NCBI GenBank assembly: GCA_002633005.1
Contig: NMRA01000835.1
Coordinates: forward strand, 62,001 to 126,000
Source of the DNA: Phoronis australis
Lineage: Eukaryota; Animalia; Phoronida
DNA: 64,000 nucleotides
Direction: 5' to 3'
Made by a program: the position numbers and the translations under genes
Shown: positions 12,401 through 25,500 of the stretch, in pieces
Position numbering within the stretch: the first letter of the stretch is position 1
Layout of the letters: every line of letters starts with the position of its first letter
Notes under the pieces: model-generated
What the model saw: only the letters and a program-made list of their open reading frames with translations
The model's database searches: none
Told to the model about the DNA's origin: nothing

Positions 12401-15400
12401 ACCCCTTATTAGATTTTAATGAAACCCTAAATGAGAACTTCACAATTTACCTCAAAAATGCTCTTAGGAATTTTCGATTACTCATTTTAGTTTCATTTCT
12501 ATGCCAAATTAACTGGGATGTATGACTTAACAGTTGGCTGTGAACAGTAATTGCATAGATATCGGGTCCTCAGTAGCTCAGTGGTGAGAGCACTAGACCG
12601 GCGATTTAGAGACCTGTGGTTCAATTACCAGTTGGTGTTCCTGATTTTTCTGTGTTCATTTGATATATTTCATTACTGGCCAACTTCAGCATCTATATAT
12701 TTACTATACCAACTTAACCCGCAAAACATAAGATATATCCTTCTGCTGCATCTGTGGCAGATTGTCACCCACCTTTACAGCTCAAACATTGTAATTATCC
12801 AAATCTGTAGTAGTTTAGTTTGTCTTAGTATATATGACCTTTTATCTCCCCCTCACGTGTTGTTTCACTGCAAACTAGGTTCGGTATCGCTTCGCAGTTA
12901 GCACATATAAAAGACATATTTTGTAAAAAATAGCAGCCTTACTCCTCTTTCTTTAAGGTACGCAAAAACTAAGAATTTAAAACGAAAAACCTAACAGCAT
13001 TTTTGAGATTATGAACAAACAGAGCCATTTTCGAGAACTCGTGTTCACTTCCTAATTTCAAATTAAATCGATTCGCTGAAGCCAAGAAAAAGCGGAATAC
13101 CTCACAAGTCTTCAAATTCTGACGGTTACCGCTTAATTATTCGGTGAAAACTTATTTTTGGCCAATATAACAAAAACATGCCTTAACCATGTTCGTTACT
13201 TCAACATTAACTTGCAATGCCAACTGTACAGTGTGTAAGTAACCTGATTATCAATAAAACATTTTAATTTAATTTGTGAATGTGTCTCCATTCAAGCTAC
13301 GTCAAGGTAGGGCCAACTGTTAACCTACTTAAAAGTACGTCATAAGTTCATTGTTGGAAACATCATTTGCCGGGAGACTGATATGAGCCTAAATGCAAAA
13401 TGAACAACTGAAATCGAGTTGTAAGCATGAGATCGAAACAGCGAAATGCACAAAATGGAGAAGATTTATCTCATTTCACAACTTGTTGTTTTCCTGAACA
13501 CAAAGTCACAGAGGCCTGTGGTGACTAGGACTCAGTGCATTCGCTCTCAAAAGTCGTATGCATGAACAAGGTTTGAAATATCCTTAAAGTGTCCTAAATT
13601 ATTGTGAAGCAAAAAGCCTTGACTGATCTTGTTGCAGTGAGAAGTTATAGTCAACACAGGACAACTTGACAAAGGGGATTTTTTTCTGAATGTTTAAAAT
13701 CTAAACATTGCATAATACATTAATTTACAAAGGAAATTTTTGTTATGATTTATCATAAAAGATGTTTCTATGAATTCAATATGAATGGTATGATATATTA
13801 CAAATTGTTGACAGGAATTCATATTAATGGTTGATACGATTTTTCATGCAAGGTTTATCATCAATTGTCATAAATTATGTTTTTTTAGCAATGAATAATT
13901 TGAAATAGGCTTTCCATGAATTATGGTATGAATGATGATCACTAATCTTGCAATCAACCTGGTGATCATTAATCATCAGGTGATATGTGTTCATGTCATC
14001 CAAAATGGGAGTAAGCTCCAGCTACAATATGTATCTTAGTCATCCTGCACACAGAATCCAATCAGTGTTTAGGGAACTTTGTCTCAGATAATCAATAATC
14101 AATGGAAAAACCATACTGGTTAAACTGTGCAATTTCTGCTAAACATTAATTAAAATTTCCACAAGGAATTCTTCCATATTTATACAGAACATGCATTTTT
14201 CCATGACCACTTCACTCTCAAACAGTGCAAAAAGGACGATACTTCTGTAGACTAGAGCTCATTTAGTATATTTTCATAAACTGTATTGACTTCATTTAGC
14301 TTCAATAAGAATGTCCATTAAAATGAAATATATGAAACAATCTTTCATGTATTTTTGATTTGAAAAATGCAATAAAGCATTAAATTCTCTCAATTCGCAT
14401 CATCACTTTTATGATGTCAAAACCATATGCCAACAAAATCCTTGAATGTCTGTTTTACTCCAATTTCTCATAAAGATACGAACCCATCCAACATAAACAT
14501 AACTATGACGTAAGCGGGAAGCTCGACGGCTCCACTCAGAAAGAAGTTGACATATTTGTTCCCAGCTAGGTCAGATGTACTTAGCGAGATGCCGTAATAG
14601 GCCAGGCTGTTCACCATCCTGGAAAAACAAAAACATGCAAATGAAGAATTTCTACAACTTTTAACAAGCCACGTAAAGTACAGGCTTCTGCCAAAAGAGT
14701 GCAAAGCAGGTTTTACATTTTCTCTCTCACAGATTGCTTTTTGTTTTCAAGAAAACTTTTTTATCAGGTTCAATAGAAGGCCAAAAAACAAATTTGGTTC
14801 TGGTCTTTAACTCAACTCATTTTGAGACCTGCGCTAGACTAAAAAACAAAAAACTTCAGCCTGTATCAATTTCAGCCAAGTTTTTTTTAAAACTGTACAA
14901 AGGCACGTAAAAAAGAGTAAGCAAGGTTTGAAACACTATAACTTTCCAAGCAATGAGTAAGAGAAAAAAATCTTGCATCGTTTTGCTGGTCTCAGGTGGA
15001 TTTCTTTTTCAAAGAAGTGAGCAACTAAGAAAAATACCGTGCCAATGACACAGTTTTCAAAAAAGGAAACAGACCAGAACCAATTGTACATTTTTGGCCT
15101 TATTTGAAACATTTGAGTTTTAACAGACTTCACTCAGGTCAACATTCCTGCACCACTAATATCAGAGGTCATTTATGCAAAATAAATTCTGTATTCAGGT
15201 TGACAAAGGAACCTACGTTGCCACTGTCAACTCAAGTGTGAATCCAGGACCTTGGCTGTCAGTAAACAAACATAGAGAATGCTAAGAATACCGCCACAAC
15301 AATGCTGTAAAATGACTAAACTCTAAGCCCCTTCCAGCTATGCCTGATGATCCTTAGGAGACCCACTAAAGTCCTTGGGTTGAGAACGCAGTATAGCCCA

Positions 15401-18400
15401 ACGACAATAGATAACACAATTCACTGTACTCTACCATAGCCTGCTACAAATATCAATTCAAAATAATGTCACAGTGCCGCTACACATGGTTACAACTTAC
15501 CACAAATAGTAAATAATAAGCGTATACTTCATCATGGTCTTGGACTTGACCATCTGTGCAAGATTTTTGAACTGGCTGGCACCTTCAGTCACCAAGTGAT
15601 GGTTGCTAACAGTTTTGATCCCAACCAAATCAAAAGGACCTTTCTTTTGACTAGAACATTCAATAGAACTTTCCACAACCAATCGCTCCATTTCCTGTTG
15701 TGCTTCACCACCACTTTTACCAGATACACTGCCATTTGTCATGAGCAAGTTTTGAGCATCAGTTGTTTTGTCATCCCCACTTCTGTCCAACGCCAACTTT
15801 TCCTGTGATATTGCTGTCACATTGGGACTGTCTAAATAACGGTCATCGGAATGAGAGTCTACATCACCATGACAACTTGTGATATGCTGTGAGTCGCAGT
15901 TACCCGAGTTGTTATGCAGCAGGGACTGACTATTGCCACACACTGGGAGATCATCACTAACAGCAGCACCTGACACACTCTCTGTCTGTTGAACACAACC
16001 AGTTTCAGCTAAATGATGAGGAATACTTCCACCTGCAGCAAATTTGCAGAGAGGACATAAACACAGCTTTGAAGACATAAACAACAAAACTGAGAACAGT
16101 TCACGTCATGACTAAAAATCTAGAAAAACTACACAACAAAGTGTGATTTTAACTTGCCATACACATCACTTTTATCAAAGGTTGGCAAATGTTCAGCAGA
16201 CATGCAGTCACTGAAATATATTTATTATATAAATTATCGTTATGCAAATTATCTACTCATTACACTCACATTAGTAAATATGAATTTTGGGCATCCCATT
16301 TTTCTTGTTTAGTTAGTTCTCATATTTTGTTTAGCTCGGGTATCAATTTACAGCAACTGACTACACACATTCCAAGCAAGTACAGTTGGCATTAGTGATT
16401 ACTACTATGCTCTATGAAGACTCATGCCACCCACACTCAAAATTACTGGTACAGACTCGTCAGCGTCATTTTAAACTGCATTTAATGACATGGAGAATTC
16501 ACACACAGCTTTTTGCAGTTTCCTTTCTTTAATTCTTCCATATCTTTGAATTAATCTCAGACTGATTCACTTTCTATAGTCATCTAAAACATTTTGTAAA
16601 TTTTAAAACTCTTTTGTCATCTTTTAGTTTCTTTACTGTTGATGAATTCAAACTGGTAATACAGATCTCCATATCATGTGTAAGGAATTAAGGAAATTTA
16701 GGTTCAAACGCTGAATAAGTTCAAACTGATGTTTTTATTCCCTATGACTAAAACATTTTGATAAAATGACGTGCTCGAACTGTTAACTGCAACGAGAAGT
16801 TGTTGACAGAATCAGCCCATGTCCAGCCATCTTGCTTTTGGTGCATATACAATGACAAGCACAACGGACAAACTAATCGAGTCTGTTTTTAAAACACAAC
16901 AAACTCCAAGCTCTTGTTTAGTGCAGAAATCATTTCTAATCTGGTGGAGTAAGAAATTTAGACTAAATTTAATCAATGGTAAGTGGTCTAAATAAAAAAA
17001 TGAAAATGTGTGAGTGCATAGGAGCTTGAAGATGACAAAATAAATGCTGTCAGGAAACTGGCTTGGGCATTCCCACTTAGTTGTTTTCTTGATATTAGGA
17101 TTTTCTTGAATGAATTGTTCACAAGAAGTGTTTATCAGTCACAGTAGTTCCAAGCAAATGGATTTCTCTTTGGCCTCCTACGGAATGGTTGAATTTGACC
17201 AGTTAGCATGACGTCACCTTGCAATTTATATGACCAACCACTGATCAAAAAAACTCTGCCCGACATTGTCACGACTCATCAGTCAAGACTGATCAAGAAC
17301 CCCGTCAATTTTGCTACATCTAGTCCTAGAATGAAAAGCAGTTTATGCTCTGATCACATTTGATTTAGGCCAGAACAGAAGCACGAACTTTAAAATTAGC
17401 GCATAAGTCATGTTGTGTACCAACTCATCTGTAGTGACTGTGAACAGTTTTACATTGGAATGACGAACAGGATTCTTAGCATCAGAGCAAAAGAACACTG
17501 TAAAGACACACACAGTGCTGTTCTCAATCATTCCTTGACAACTGGTCACACTATAGATTGCTCTGGTGTTCAGATCCTAGACAAGGATAATGCCACCCCC
17601 AGGTTCCTTATATAGGAGGCTATGCATATATGGTTGAATCATGCTGAGCGTTACCTCTATAGAAACATTGGTTCATTTGAGCTCCAATTGTTTTGATTTC
17701 TGGTCTCTCTCCCCCTCACAATGCATTTTTACGTGTACCTGTACAGTCCCTTCTGTACCTGTGTCGCCTGTTTTGAGTCTGTGAACTGTTTCCTTGACAA
17801 TGGTTTAGAGTAATAAACCGAAACGTTGGATAGATATGTCGCTATTTACTTACGCGCTAATTTTAAAGTTTATGCTTTACACCAAATGCTCTGCAAATGG
17901 CATGACAACTCGTCACTTACCTAAGTCCGACACTGGGTTGGGCAGCTTAACCCGATTCAGCTTGGCAGCTCTGCTCAGCACCAGTTGGGCCTCTCTGAAT
18001 CTCTGTTGACTGATGAGCCAGCGTGGAGATTCGTCCACCAACCTGTGAAAGGAGGCAAGAAAAATATCAATTAAGAGCACACAGCAGTATGATCACTTCA
18101 TCAGCACACTCAAAAGTTTTTGATAAAATAAAAATAAAGACAAAAATAGCACCACAGCATACCTTAGAAAACATGATGTACTAACGTGCCTTATTTCACA
18201 CCTCAATCCTTTGGCTGTACTTCAGGAGTAAGTTTTCTAAATATGCAAAACTGATAAAAATATCATGTGTCTTTTAATCATGTCTCTTGGTCAGTTGCTT
18301 CACCAATGTTCTGCTGAGCATTGAACTTTGTTCCGAGGATACGAACAGAACGTAATAAAGACTGTTAATAATGACAAGTGTTGTGAATTTAATCAATCTT

Positions 18401-21258
18401 GCATACCTCAACATACTCCAACCTCAGCACCAGCTCCCGTATTGGGGCACTAGAAAGTATCTGCCAAAATCTAGTAACTGTACATGAAAATTGTAACCGT
18501 GAAACTATTAAGTAATGGACAAACAACCAAACACTAATGATCACAAAACCCTCACCATCTCTACTGGAAAAGGTATTGATAAAACATTTGCTACTGATGA
18601 AGCCAGGGGTACATTTAGCAAGGTTAGTATTTTGCAACTTGTGTAATTTTACGCCAGAGTGTGATTAAAATACAGTACGCTCTCACTCACTAGTATATCT
18701 CAATATGCTTTTACCTTACAACTGAATATGCGAATATTTAAGCCCATGCACCTATATTTGAACCTATGCCTGTATACTGAATTAGAAGATGCATAGTGGC
18801 AACATTTGAACAATCTAGTCAATATATTTTTGAAAAATAACCTCTTGCAAAACATACTGGTCAAACAGGCCTTACTATTCCGTCCAATTTATGGGAAGCG
18901 AAAGTGAATTGGTTTAGTTACTCTATCAAATTAGATATTCAAGATGGTGGTCAAAACTGTGGACTCCTAACTTTTTAAACTTGAAAGTTAAGAAAAAAGA
19001 TGCCCACCAGTAGTAAGATATCATGAGCAGAGTTGGCAGGCAGATGGCCAGCTCAAAGTGCCTCCAGTTGGGTAGTAGGAAGGCGACTACAGCTAGTGAC
19101 ATCAAACCCATGGCCCAAAAGAACTGGAGCGCGATGCCCGGCTTGGTGCGGAACTTGGGTGGCAAGACTTCAGTGAGCATGATGAAACTGATGATGCAAT
19201 TTGTCTGGAAAGAAACAAGGCAACATAGAAGCAGACAACATAAGGTGCAATTTCTAAGCAACTATTAAATAGCTTCTATAAACAACATATCTAAAGCAGA
19301 TGTTCAAATATGTGACTGAATGGTCAAGTGAATTGTATCCCACTCTGAACGAATACTTCTTCAACGAGGCTGAATCACAAAACTGTGATTGGTCAATTAA
19401 AAGTTTTGTTCCTTTCACGCCTTTTTGTTTTGATAAAAAGAAGACCAGACAAACCATTTTTTCTCATGACAGTTAGACAAAATAGAGCCATGTTCAAGGC
19501 TATTTTCACAAGAAATGCTAAACTTTACAATCAATCTCAAATAGGCTAGACCTGACACTACAATAAACAAAACATTAATTCTACTCTTTTGTTTTGACTT
19601 CCATGACTGAAACTGACACAAGCTCCACTATCACAACCATACAGACACCAATATTGAACCACTACTGCAGTTTCTGCAGGATAAGCACAGAAAGAGTTAT
19701 AATGAGGATCACAAAATGAAAACTACCCACTGACGCCTGACAAGGTGTCGTCTTGTAAATCATCTCAAGCTATGATAATAATAGAAATGAGGCTAAATAG
19801 CTTAATTCCCTTAGTTTTTTCTTAAACATTTAGGGGGACACCTGTTTTACTAAAAAAAGATAATCTATATTACTGAAGAAATGTAAATGTCTCAAATTAC
19901 GGAAATGCTTTCAGTGGGGAAAAACTTTTCTCTAGACAAAAATTGTTTGAAACTTTTGCCATTTCCCATGAAGTTTTCTTGAACGATGAATCCTTATTAT
20001 ACTCTTTACCTGATACTGTAGCAAGGTAACTGTTTCACTTTTATGGCCTGTAGCATGAAGGTACTCACTCTGTGTAGGGCGCCAATAAAAAAACGAAGGA
20101 CGGTGAATTGTATGTAGTCCTGTGTATATGCCAGGCCAAAAGCTAGAATTGTTCTGATGGCCAGGGATACTAGAAGCACCATTTTTCGTCCAAATTTGTC
20201 GGAGAGTGGAGAAACCATCAGAGAGCCAGCCATCAGGCCAGCAACAAACACAGAAGAGGACAAGTCTACAATATAATCCTCGCTGCACACTAACTGCCAC
20301 TGAAAAATACATGAACAAATAAGTATAGTCATGCGTTATCTACAATGAAAATTTACACACTTCAAGACAATCCACTGACGGCATACATGTGCGAAAGTCC
20401 GTTCCTGAAGCTACTAGGTAATAGAGTTTACTTAGCGTGTCAGAGCTGTTCCGCTTAAGTCTTCTCCCAGACTGTGACGTGAAAAAGTAAACAATAACTA
20501 TTCTCCATTGTCTAAGAGTAAAAACTCACAGTTTACGAATCGAAAATGCAAGCTGGCTAAAAGGTGGTGCTTAATGGGGAAGGGTGTAGTGAACTGTAAT
20601 TTATTAGATGAATGTCTGATGGAAAACTATTCTAGTGTCATTAACACGATGCATTTTTTAAATGTCTTTGTCTCACGAATTTCAACTATTCAAGGCCTGT
20701 TGGCAAATAAGTGTTTGTTCAGTATACAATTGTCATGTTCTCTATTAGGGTTTCTGTTGTTACCTAAGTGACTATTCAAATCAATGATTGAACTATGTTC
20801 AATATATAGTCCCCGAAATCCCTAAGATTACATCGTGGCCATTTGGCACTATGTAAATGAAAGAAATTTTGTTCACCTTATTGTTTTTTTCGAACAATGC
20901 AAGTACTGAGCTAACAAACGTCTCGACTGCTGTCAAAAGTTCTTACCTCTGAAACAATTGTTTCAGCACCAGGGTCTTTCACAAAAGTCCAACCTTGAGC
21001 ACAGGACATTGCGTCCTCTACACTGTGGTTAGAATACACATTAGAACATTGTGTAGCATTGACTGCAGACAGAATTGTCGTAATGTTGTCATCAAGTTGG
21101 CCAGAACTCTTGCAGAAATAATCAAACTTTTCTCCAATAAAAACAATGCCAAGAAGATATCCACATTCCAGAAACTGCACCAAGCCCATTAGGACAAATG
21201 TCAACTTCTGATAGCGTCCAAATCCACCTATGGCCTCTAAAGTGTCATCAAGATCCAT
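6482..21258 (-). CDS. SLC22-family (MFS) organic cation/anion transporter, Orct-like; 10 coding exons, about 675 aa
   Basis: Exons rebuilt with GT-AG junctions and consistent phases: 21258-20947, 20299-20069, 19204-19008, 18042-17921, 16032-15501, 14618-14484, 12136-12051, 10497-10377, 7152-7080, 6700-6482 (2028 nt). SLC22 hallmarks: MDLDDTLEAIGGFGRYQK, ETIVSEWQLVC, LSDKFGRK, ESPRWL, YYGISL, FFLSGAVELPAY, IGKFGI, YSAEIYPTNIRN, LMPETGDKAMPETIEE. Orthology to a specific SLC22A member cannot be assigned by eye. Confidence 0.93.
7790..8960 (+). repeat. Degenerate tandem array of roughly 410-440-bp units rich in CCACTAGRKGGC motifs
   Basis: Homologous anchors aatc(t/c)atctga(a/g)aa..ggaacatgtcatc at about 7821, 8258 and 8665; repeated gccactagatggcgc / gccactagggggcac; recurrent aaatttcataaaaatc. 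Confidence 0.75.
10691..11881. mobile_element. Tc1/mariner-pogo-type non-autonomous element with TA target-site duplication (contains the assembly gap)
   Basis: TA|ccgtaatcgttcgggttaacgccc ... gggcgttaacccgaacgattacgg|TA: perfect 24-bp TIRs and many subterminal gggcg(g/c)ttaa repeats. Confidence 0.88.
10811..11470. other. Assembly gap (660 N)
   Basis: Run of N following a poly-G tract inside the TIR element. Confidence 1.
12573..12703 (+). repeat. tRNA-derived SINE-like repeat, copy 2
   Basis: gtagctcagtggtgagagcactagaccggc...gtggttcaattacc...ttcctgatttttctgtgttcatttgatatatttcattactggccaac, closely similar to 2777-2901. Confidence 0.7.
14779..15100. mobile_element. Small TIR element (AGGCCAAAA termini)
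   Basis: aggccaaaaaacaaatttggttctggtct and agaccagaaccaattgtacatttttggcct form imperfect inverted ends. Confidence 0.55.
17386..17870 (+). mobile_element. Penelope-like element 3' fragment (GIY-YIG endonuclease, pLTR with degenerate hammerhead)
   Basis: Translation VVYQLICSDCEQFYIGMTNRILSIRAKEH...SAVLNHSLTTGH..D...ILDKD...*EAMHI. Hammerhead-like TTGACAAtggttta-gagtaa-taaaccGAAACgtt at about 17794-17827. The ends are inverted copies (aactttaaaattagcgcataagt at 17386; acttacgcgctaattttaaagtt at about 17848). Confidence 0.85.
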
Positions 21259-22332
21259 AACCTAAAACAACAGATCTTAAACCTATATCAGAAGTTACAC
21301 GCCCTAAAATGAATTGTTTCAACAGCTTAGAAAATCAACAGAGAAATTGAACTCGAGTAAAACCATAAAGTACGACAGCTCTATTGTTGCTCAACTCATA
21401 CAATTTTAAAGCAAGTGGTTCAATGCCAAATGGTTTCCTTTCGTTCTGCTATGTGGTAAAATAGATACCAGTACTCCCCATCTGAAGACACATAAGAAGA
21501 TGAAATTACTGACAGAGAAAATATTTAGCAAGTGACAACTACACTGGTAATTTCATAATAAAATATTGAAAATACAAATCTGATGTCTATGACAGGGCTT
21601 GGAATGACCCACGACAAAAAAGAAGAAAATTTCCAGGTGATTTGTTATTCTACAAATAAAATAGGCTCTATTTGACACAGAAATATTCTTAATGTTGTAA
21701 AATGCAAGAATAAAGTAAATATAAAAATAAAAAATAGATGAAGAAAGGACGAAACTGGAAATCAAATAAGAGGAAATTGAAACCAAAAACAAGGAAACCC
21801 TCTTAAAAGAGGAAAATTCCAAGCCCTGCTACCACTATGATCCACAATGCCAAGAAATCATGCCTTTGTCAAGTTGCAGCTGAAACTTATTAGGAAATCT
21901 CACACAATGCAATTTGGCAGAGCCCAGACTGTTTGATAGTCATACGCCTGTTAAATCTTCTTTTATACTTGATCACTGTTGGTAGAAAAATGACATCTCT
22001 CAACGAATTGCATCAGCCACAGCACACTGGCATTCAGGCATTAGCAGCAGAACAACGGCATAACGCCATTTTTCCTACACCGTTAAATAGTTTAGTTTAC
22101 TCAAGGAAAACTGTACTTTTTAATGACACTAATTTTGTGTCATATTTTATCTTACCACTTTTTTACCCACACCGGCGCAAACTTGCAAAGCTGTATATTT
22201 ACTAGTGTACAGCTTTGCGCCAAGGCTAAGACCGGCTAAGGCCAAGGGCAGATGAGCAGGTGGCGTTTGCAAGCACCGTGGCGGACGGAGGGAGCTCAGA
22301 TGTCGATGTCAGTTGAATGAATGGCACTTTAC

Positions 22333-22511
22333 CGCTACGGCGAGATAAACGTTGTCACAATGAACTGTCGAGGTGAAATTCCTTAGAGTGTAACTGGAAC
22401 ACGTCCACATGGTACGTTGCGAACACAAGTCACAAAACCGCAAGACTGTATAATCGTACCTCCAGTATTAAAGATGTAGATAAGCCTCGTTGTGAAACAA
22501 CAATAGGCAAC
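22333..22511. promoter_or_regulatory. Probable compact bidirectional promoter / 5' UTR region shared by the SLC22 gene and PSMD12
   Basis: The SLC22 ATG exon starts at a splice acceptor (21262-21263), so a non-coding first exon is needed. A candidate minus-strand donor (gcg|GTAAAG) lies at 22331-22332, about 180 bp from the PSMD12 ATG, in a locally CpG-richer stretch. Confidence 0.5.
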
Positions 22512-25500
22512 ATGGCGGATACCGGTAGACTTCAGAAAATGGAAGTGGATTACAGTTCCACAGTTGATGAAAAGCTCCCACAATGTGAAAAACTGGTTCA
22601 GGTATTAATGTCATTTCTAAATCCTGTGTGACACGGTTTTACCAGAATAGCCCTAATTTACATTTATTACAGCCTCGTAGTGTCGATCAGGCGAACTGTC
22701 TCAATTTTGCCGATTCATTCACTGCCAATGCCATGGGCTAGGCAATGACCATCGCCTCTGTTTGCCCGAACCAGAGGTGATGCAGCTCCTATAGGCGCTC
22801 CATACGCCGGAAGATTTTCGGCGAATTATGCCTCACACTGGCTAAAGCATGAAAGTCACGTTGTTATAAGTACCTTTTGCGTATAGGGACACCTTGGGAG
22901 GTTGGCTCTGTGTTTAATTCCTTCCAACTCGAAGAAATACTTCCGTTATCAAACTTTTTGTTCGAACAGTCACACGTTCAGTTCCCAAAATCGTGAACTC
23001 ACCATATTTATACTGCGCACGCTCCAATTTTTACCGCGCTCTAGTTCGGGCCAACAGAGGCGATGGTCATTGCCTATGCCATGGCTAGCTAGCCAGCTGT
23101 ATGAAGACTGTCGTCAAAATACAGCTAGGTACCACTGTGTGTATTTCTTCCATAGACCCTGAAATTGCTCACAGCCAGGGTAGTTCTGCTTGTCAACTCA
23201 CCATGAAACCTGTATCAACATGTAGAGCTAAAGACCTGACGGGGTGTATGCAAAATCTGAGAATCAAACGACACTCATGTTGCCCGTTACATCCGTTTAA
23301 GTGGAAAACAATCTAATAAACGTCATTTTCTTGCATAATCATCCGCCGTTTCCAACAAAGAAAAGTTACATCGTATTGTTGTGAATGTTGGTTTGTGTGG
23401 TCTCGTCTTTCGTGTTGTCTCGTGTGTTCGTGTTCGTCCGTGGGTTTCCGTCAGTGGCTGGATGTTGTAAGTTCTAGTATTGTCATGTGACTGGGGAATC
23501 AGAGCTCTCTCTTCGTGTGGCCCTGCTGCACGCAGGACGTCTGCGTCTGTGGATCTTCATCTCAAGCGTGTATTCAAGCTTTCATAGGAGTAAAGGTAAG
23601 CTGCACAAGAACCTGTGTATTAAATTACAACATTTGGCGTAGTTGCTACGTGCAGTTTCTACCTTTACACCGAGTGGCGCGTAGTTCAAAGTAACTTTGG
23701 TGAATTTGTTTTTCCTTGTCGCTCGGTTCCACCCGTGTCGTAGCGGTAGGTCACTGAACACGGGTGTTCATCTCTTTCGTTTATTACATTCTTGATTTTT
23801 CATTTTTGGTAAATATAATTGCTATAGGTATCATTTGTTTGGTATTTTTATTTACTATTTCAGTCTTTGCAGACTTATTATTTTCCTTGTGCCACACCTA
23901 TTTTTGGCACCTTATAATGACGTCCAATTTTGTTATCAATTCTTGTGAGGCTGAAACACTGTTGGACCTTCGGGGTATGACTACTGATGTTGCTGCTGCA
24001 GTTATGGACTTCAGAGCAATATTAGGTATTACTCCGGAGAATGTGTGCAAGATACATTCCAGTTGGAAGCCAACCAAGACTGCGGAAGTCCATAGACTTT
24101 ACAGTCCCATTTGGTCTGCCAAAAGATTTGGAGGAAGTAGTCGAGGTTTGTGACGAATATGGTAAGAAAACGTCATCAATACTTACCTCTAGCCCTGACA
24201 ATTCATTTTCCAAGTTGGCAGCTAAACTGACTTCGTTGTCAAAGATTGCTAGGGGCGTTGCTTATGCAAAGACTCATTCGCATACTAGCATGTCACCTAT
24301 GCCCTCTGGCTCTGGCACTCATTACCTGTCACGTCTCCCACGCAACCTAATCTTTAGTGGCAAGTTAGGTACATGGGAGGATTTTCTATGGAAATTCAGT
24401 AATGTTGCCCGAGACAATTTTTGGTCAGGTCAAAAATGTAGAACGGAGCTGTTCATGTGCTTGGAAGGTGATGCCTCTTGTTGGTTTTTCAACCATATTA
24501 AAGCTCATCCACACTCAAGTTTCGACCAAATTGTGGATCATATCACCTATCGTTTTGGGGCAGATGTCGAGTGCAATGAAGTGCACCAACTTAGGTTCTA
24601 GTCAGCCAAGCAAACTTCTGACGAGTCCTTAGAACAATGGGCTGATCGTCTTACAAGTTTATTCTTGTTGGCCTTTCCAGAGGGGAGGGACTCTGATGAA
24701 GCTCAGGTGGTTCTTCGATTCTGTTTAGGTCTACGGGATAGAGAGGTTGCGCAGTTGGCTATAAACAGTCGACCAAGTACACTCATGGCTGCCTTGAATG
24801 CCGCTGGGTGGTTTTCAACAACCAAAGACTTGATAGCTACTTCCGGTTCACTGAAGTCGGTATCTTTTTGTAGAGAAGGAAATATGGAAGAAGATGAAAT
24901 TGCTGTTCGCCAAGTAACCAAGAAGCCAGCTCTTAAGTTCATTCCTCGTGGCTCCTTAGAGTCTCGATTAGACGTTCTTGAGGGCAGGTGCAATGACTTA
25001 GATGCGTCGGTTTCATTCCTTGTGACTGACAATGCTAAGCTTCATAAGAAGATGGATGAGTTAAAGTCTGACCTTTTAGAAAATCGGAGGGAAGTATCAA
25101 ACAATTTTAACAAATTGTTTGCAATGTTATAGACACAGTCGCCGAAGCAACCTTCTCCATCTTCACCAAGAGTTTCACGGAGTTCATCTCTGGGAAGATC
25201 TTCTAATCCTCCTCCCAGGTGTTTCAGGTGTGGAAAGCTGGGTCATTATCAGTCGGCTTGTTGGAATTCTGTTTCAGCTCGTCGAATGAATTTTGATGAT
25301 TCGCCAGTGCGGGCTGGGAGAAGAGGTCTAACCTCAACCCATACCAAATCTAAAGACCTCCCTGACAGTAACAAACTAGTTGGCCCGTTAGGTTTCTTGA
25401 AAAAATCAGTTCAGAAATTCATGAAACGTACTAGTTCGACTGAGGCTTTCCTTTCCAAGACAGCTGAGTCATCTACTCAGACTGCTGGTGAGTTCTCTGT

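Noticed and set aside
12573-12635. Functional tRNA gene (also 2777-2830)
   Set aside because: The acceptor and T stems do not pair properly, and both copies continue into a shared non-tRNA body, which fits a SINE-like repeat.
17262-17290. Third hammerhead (CTGATGA on the minus strand)
   Set aside because: No GAAA core follows the short hairpin, so the motif is incomplete.
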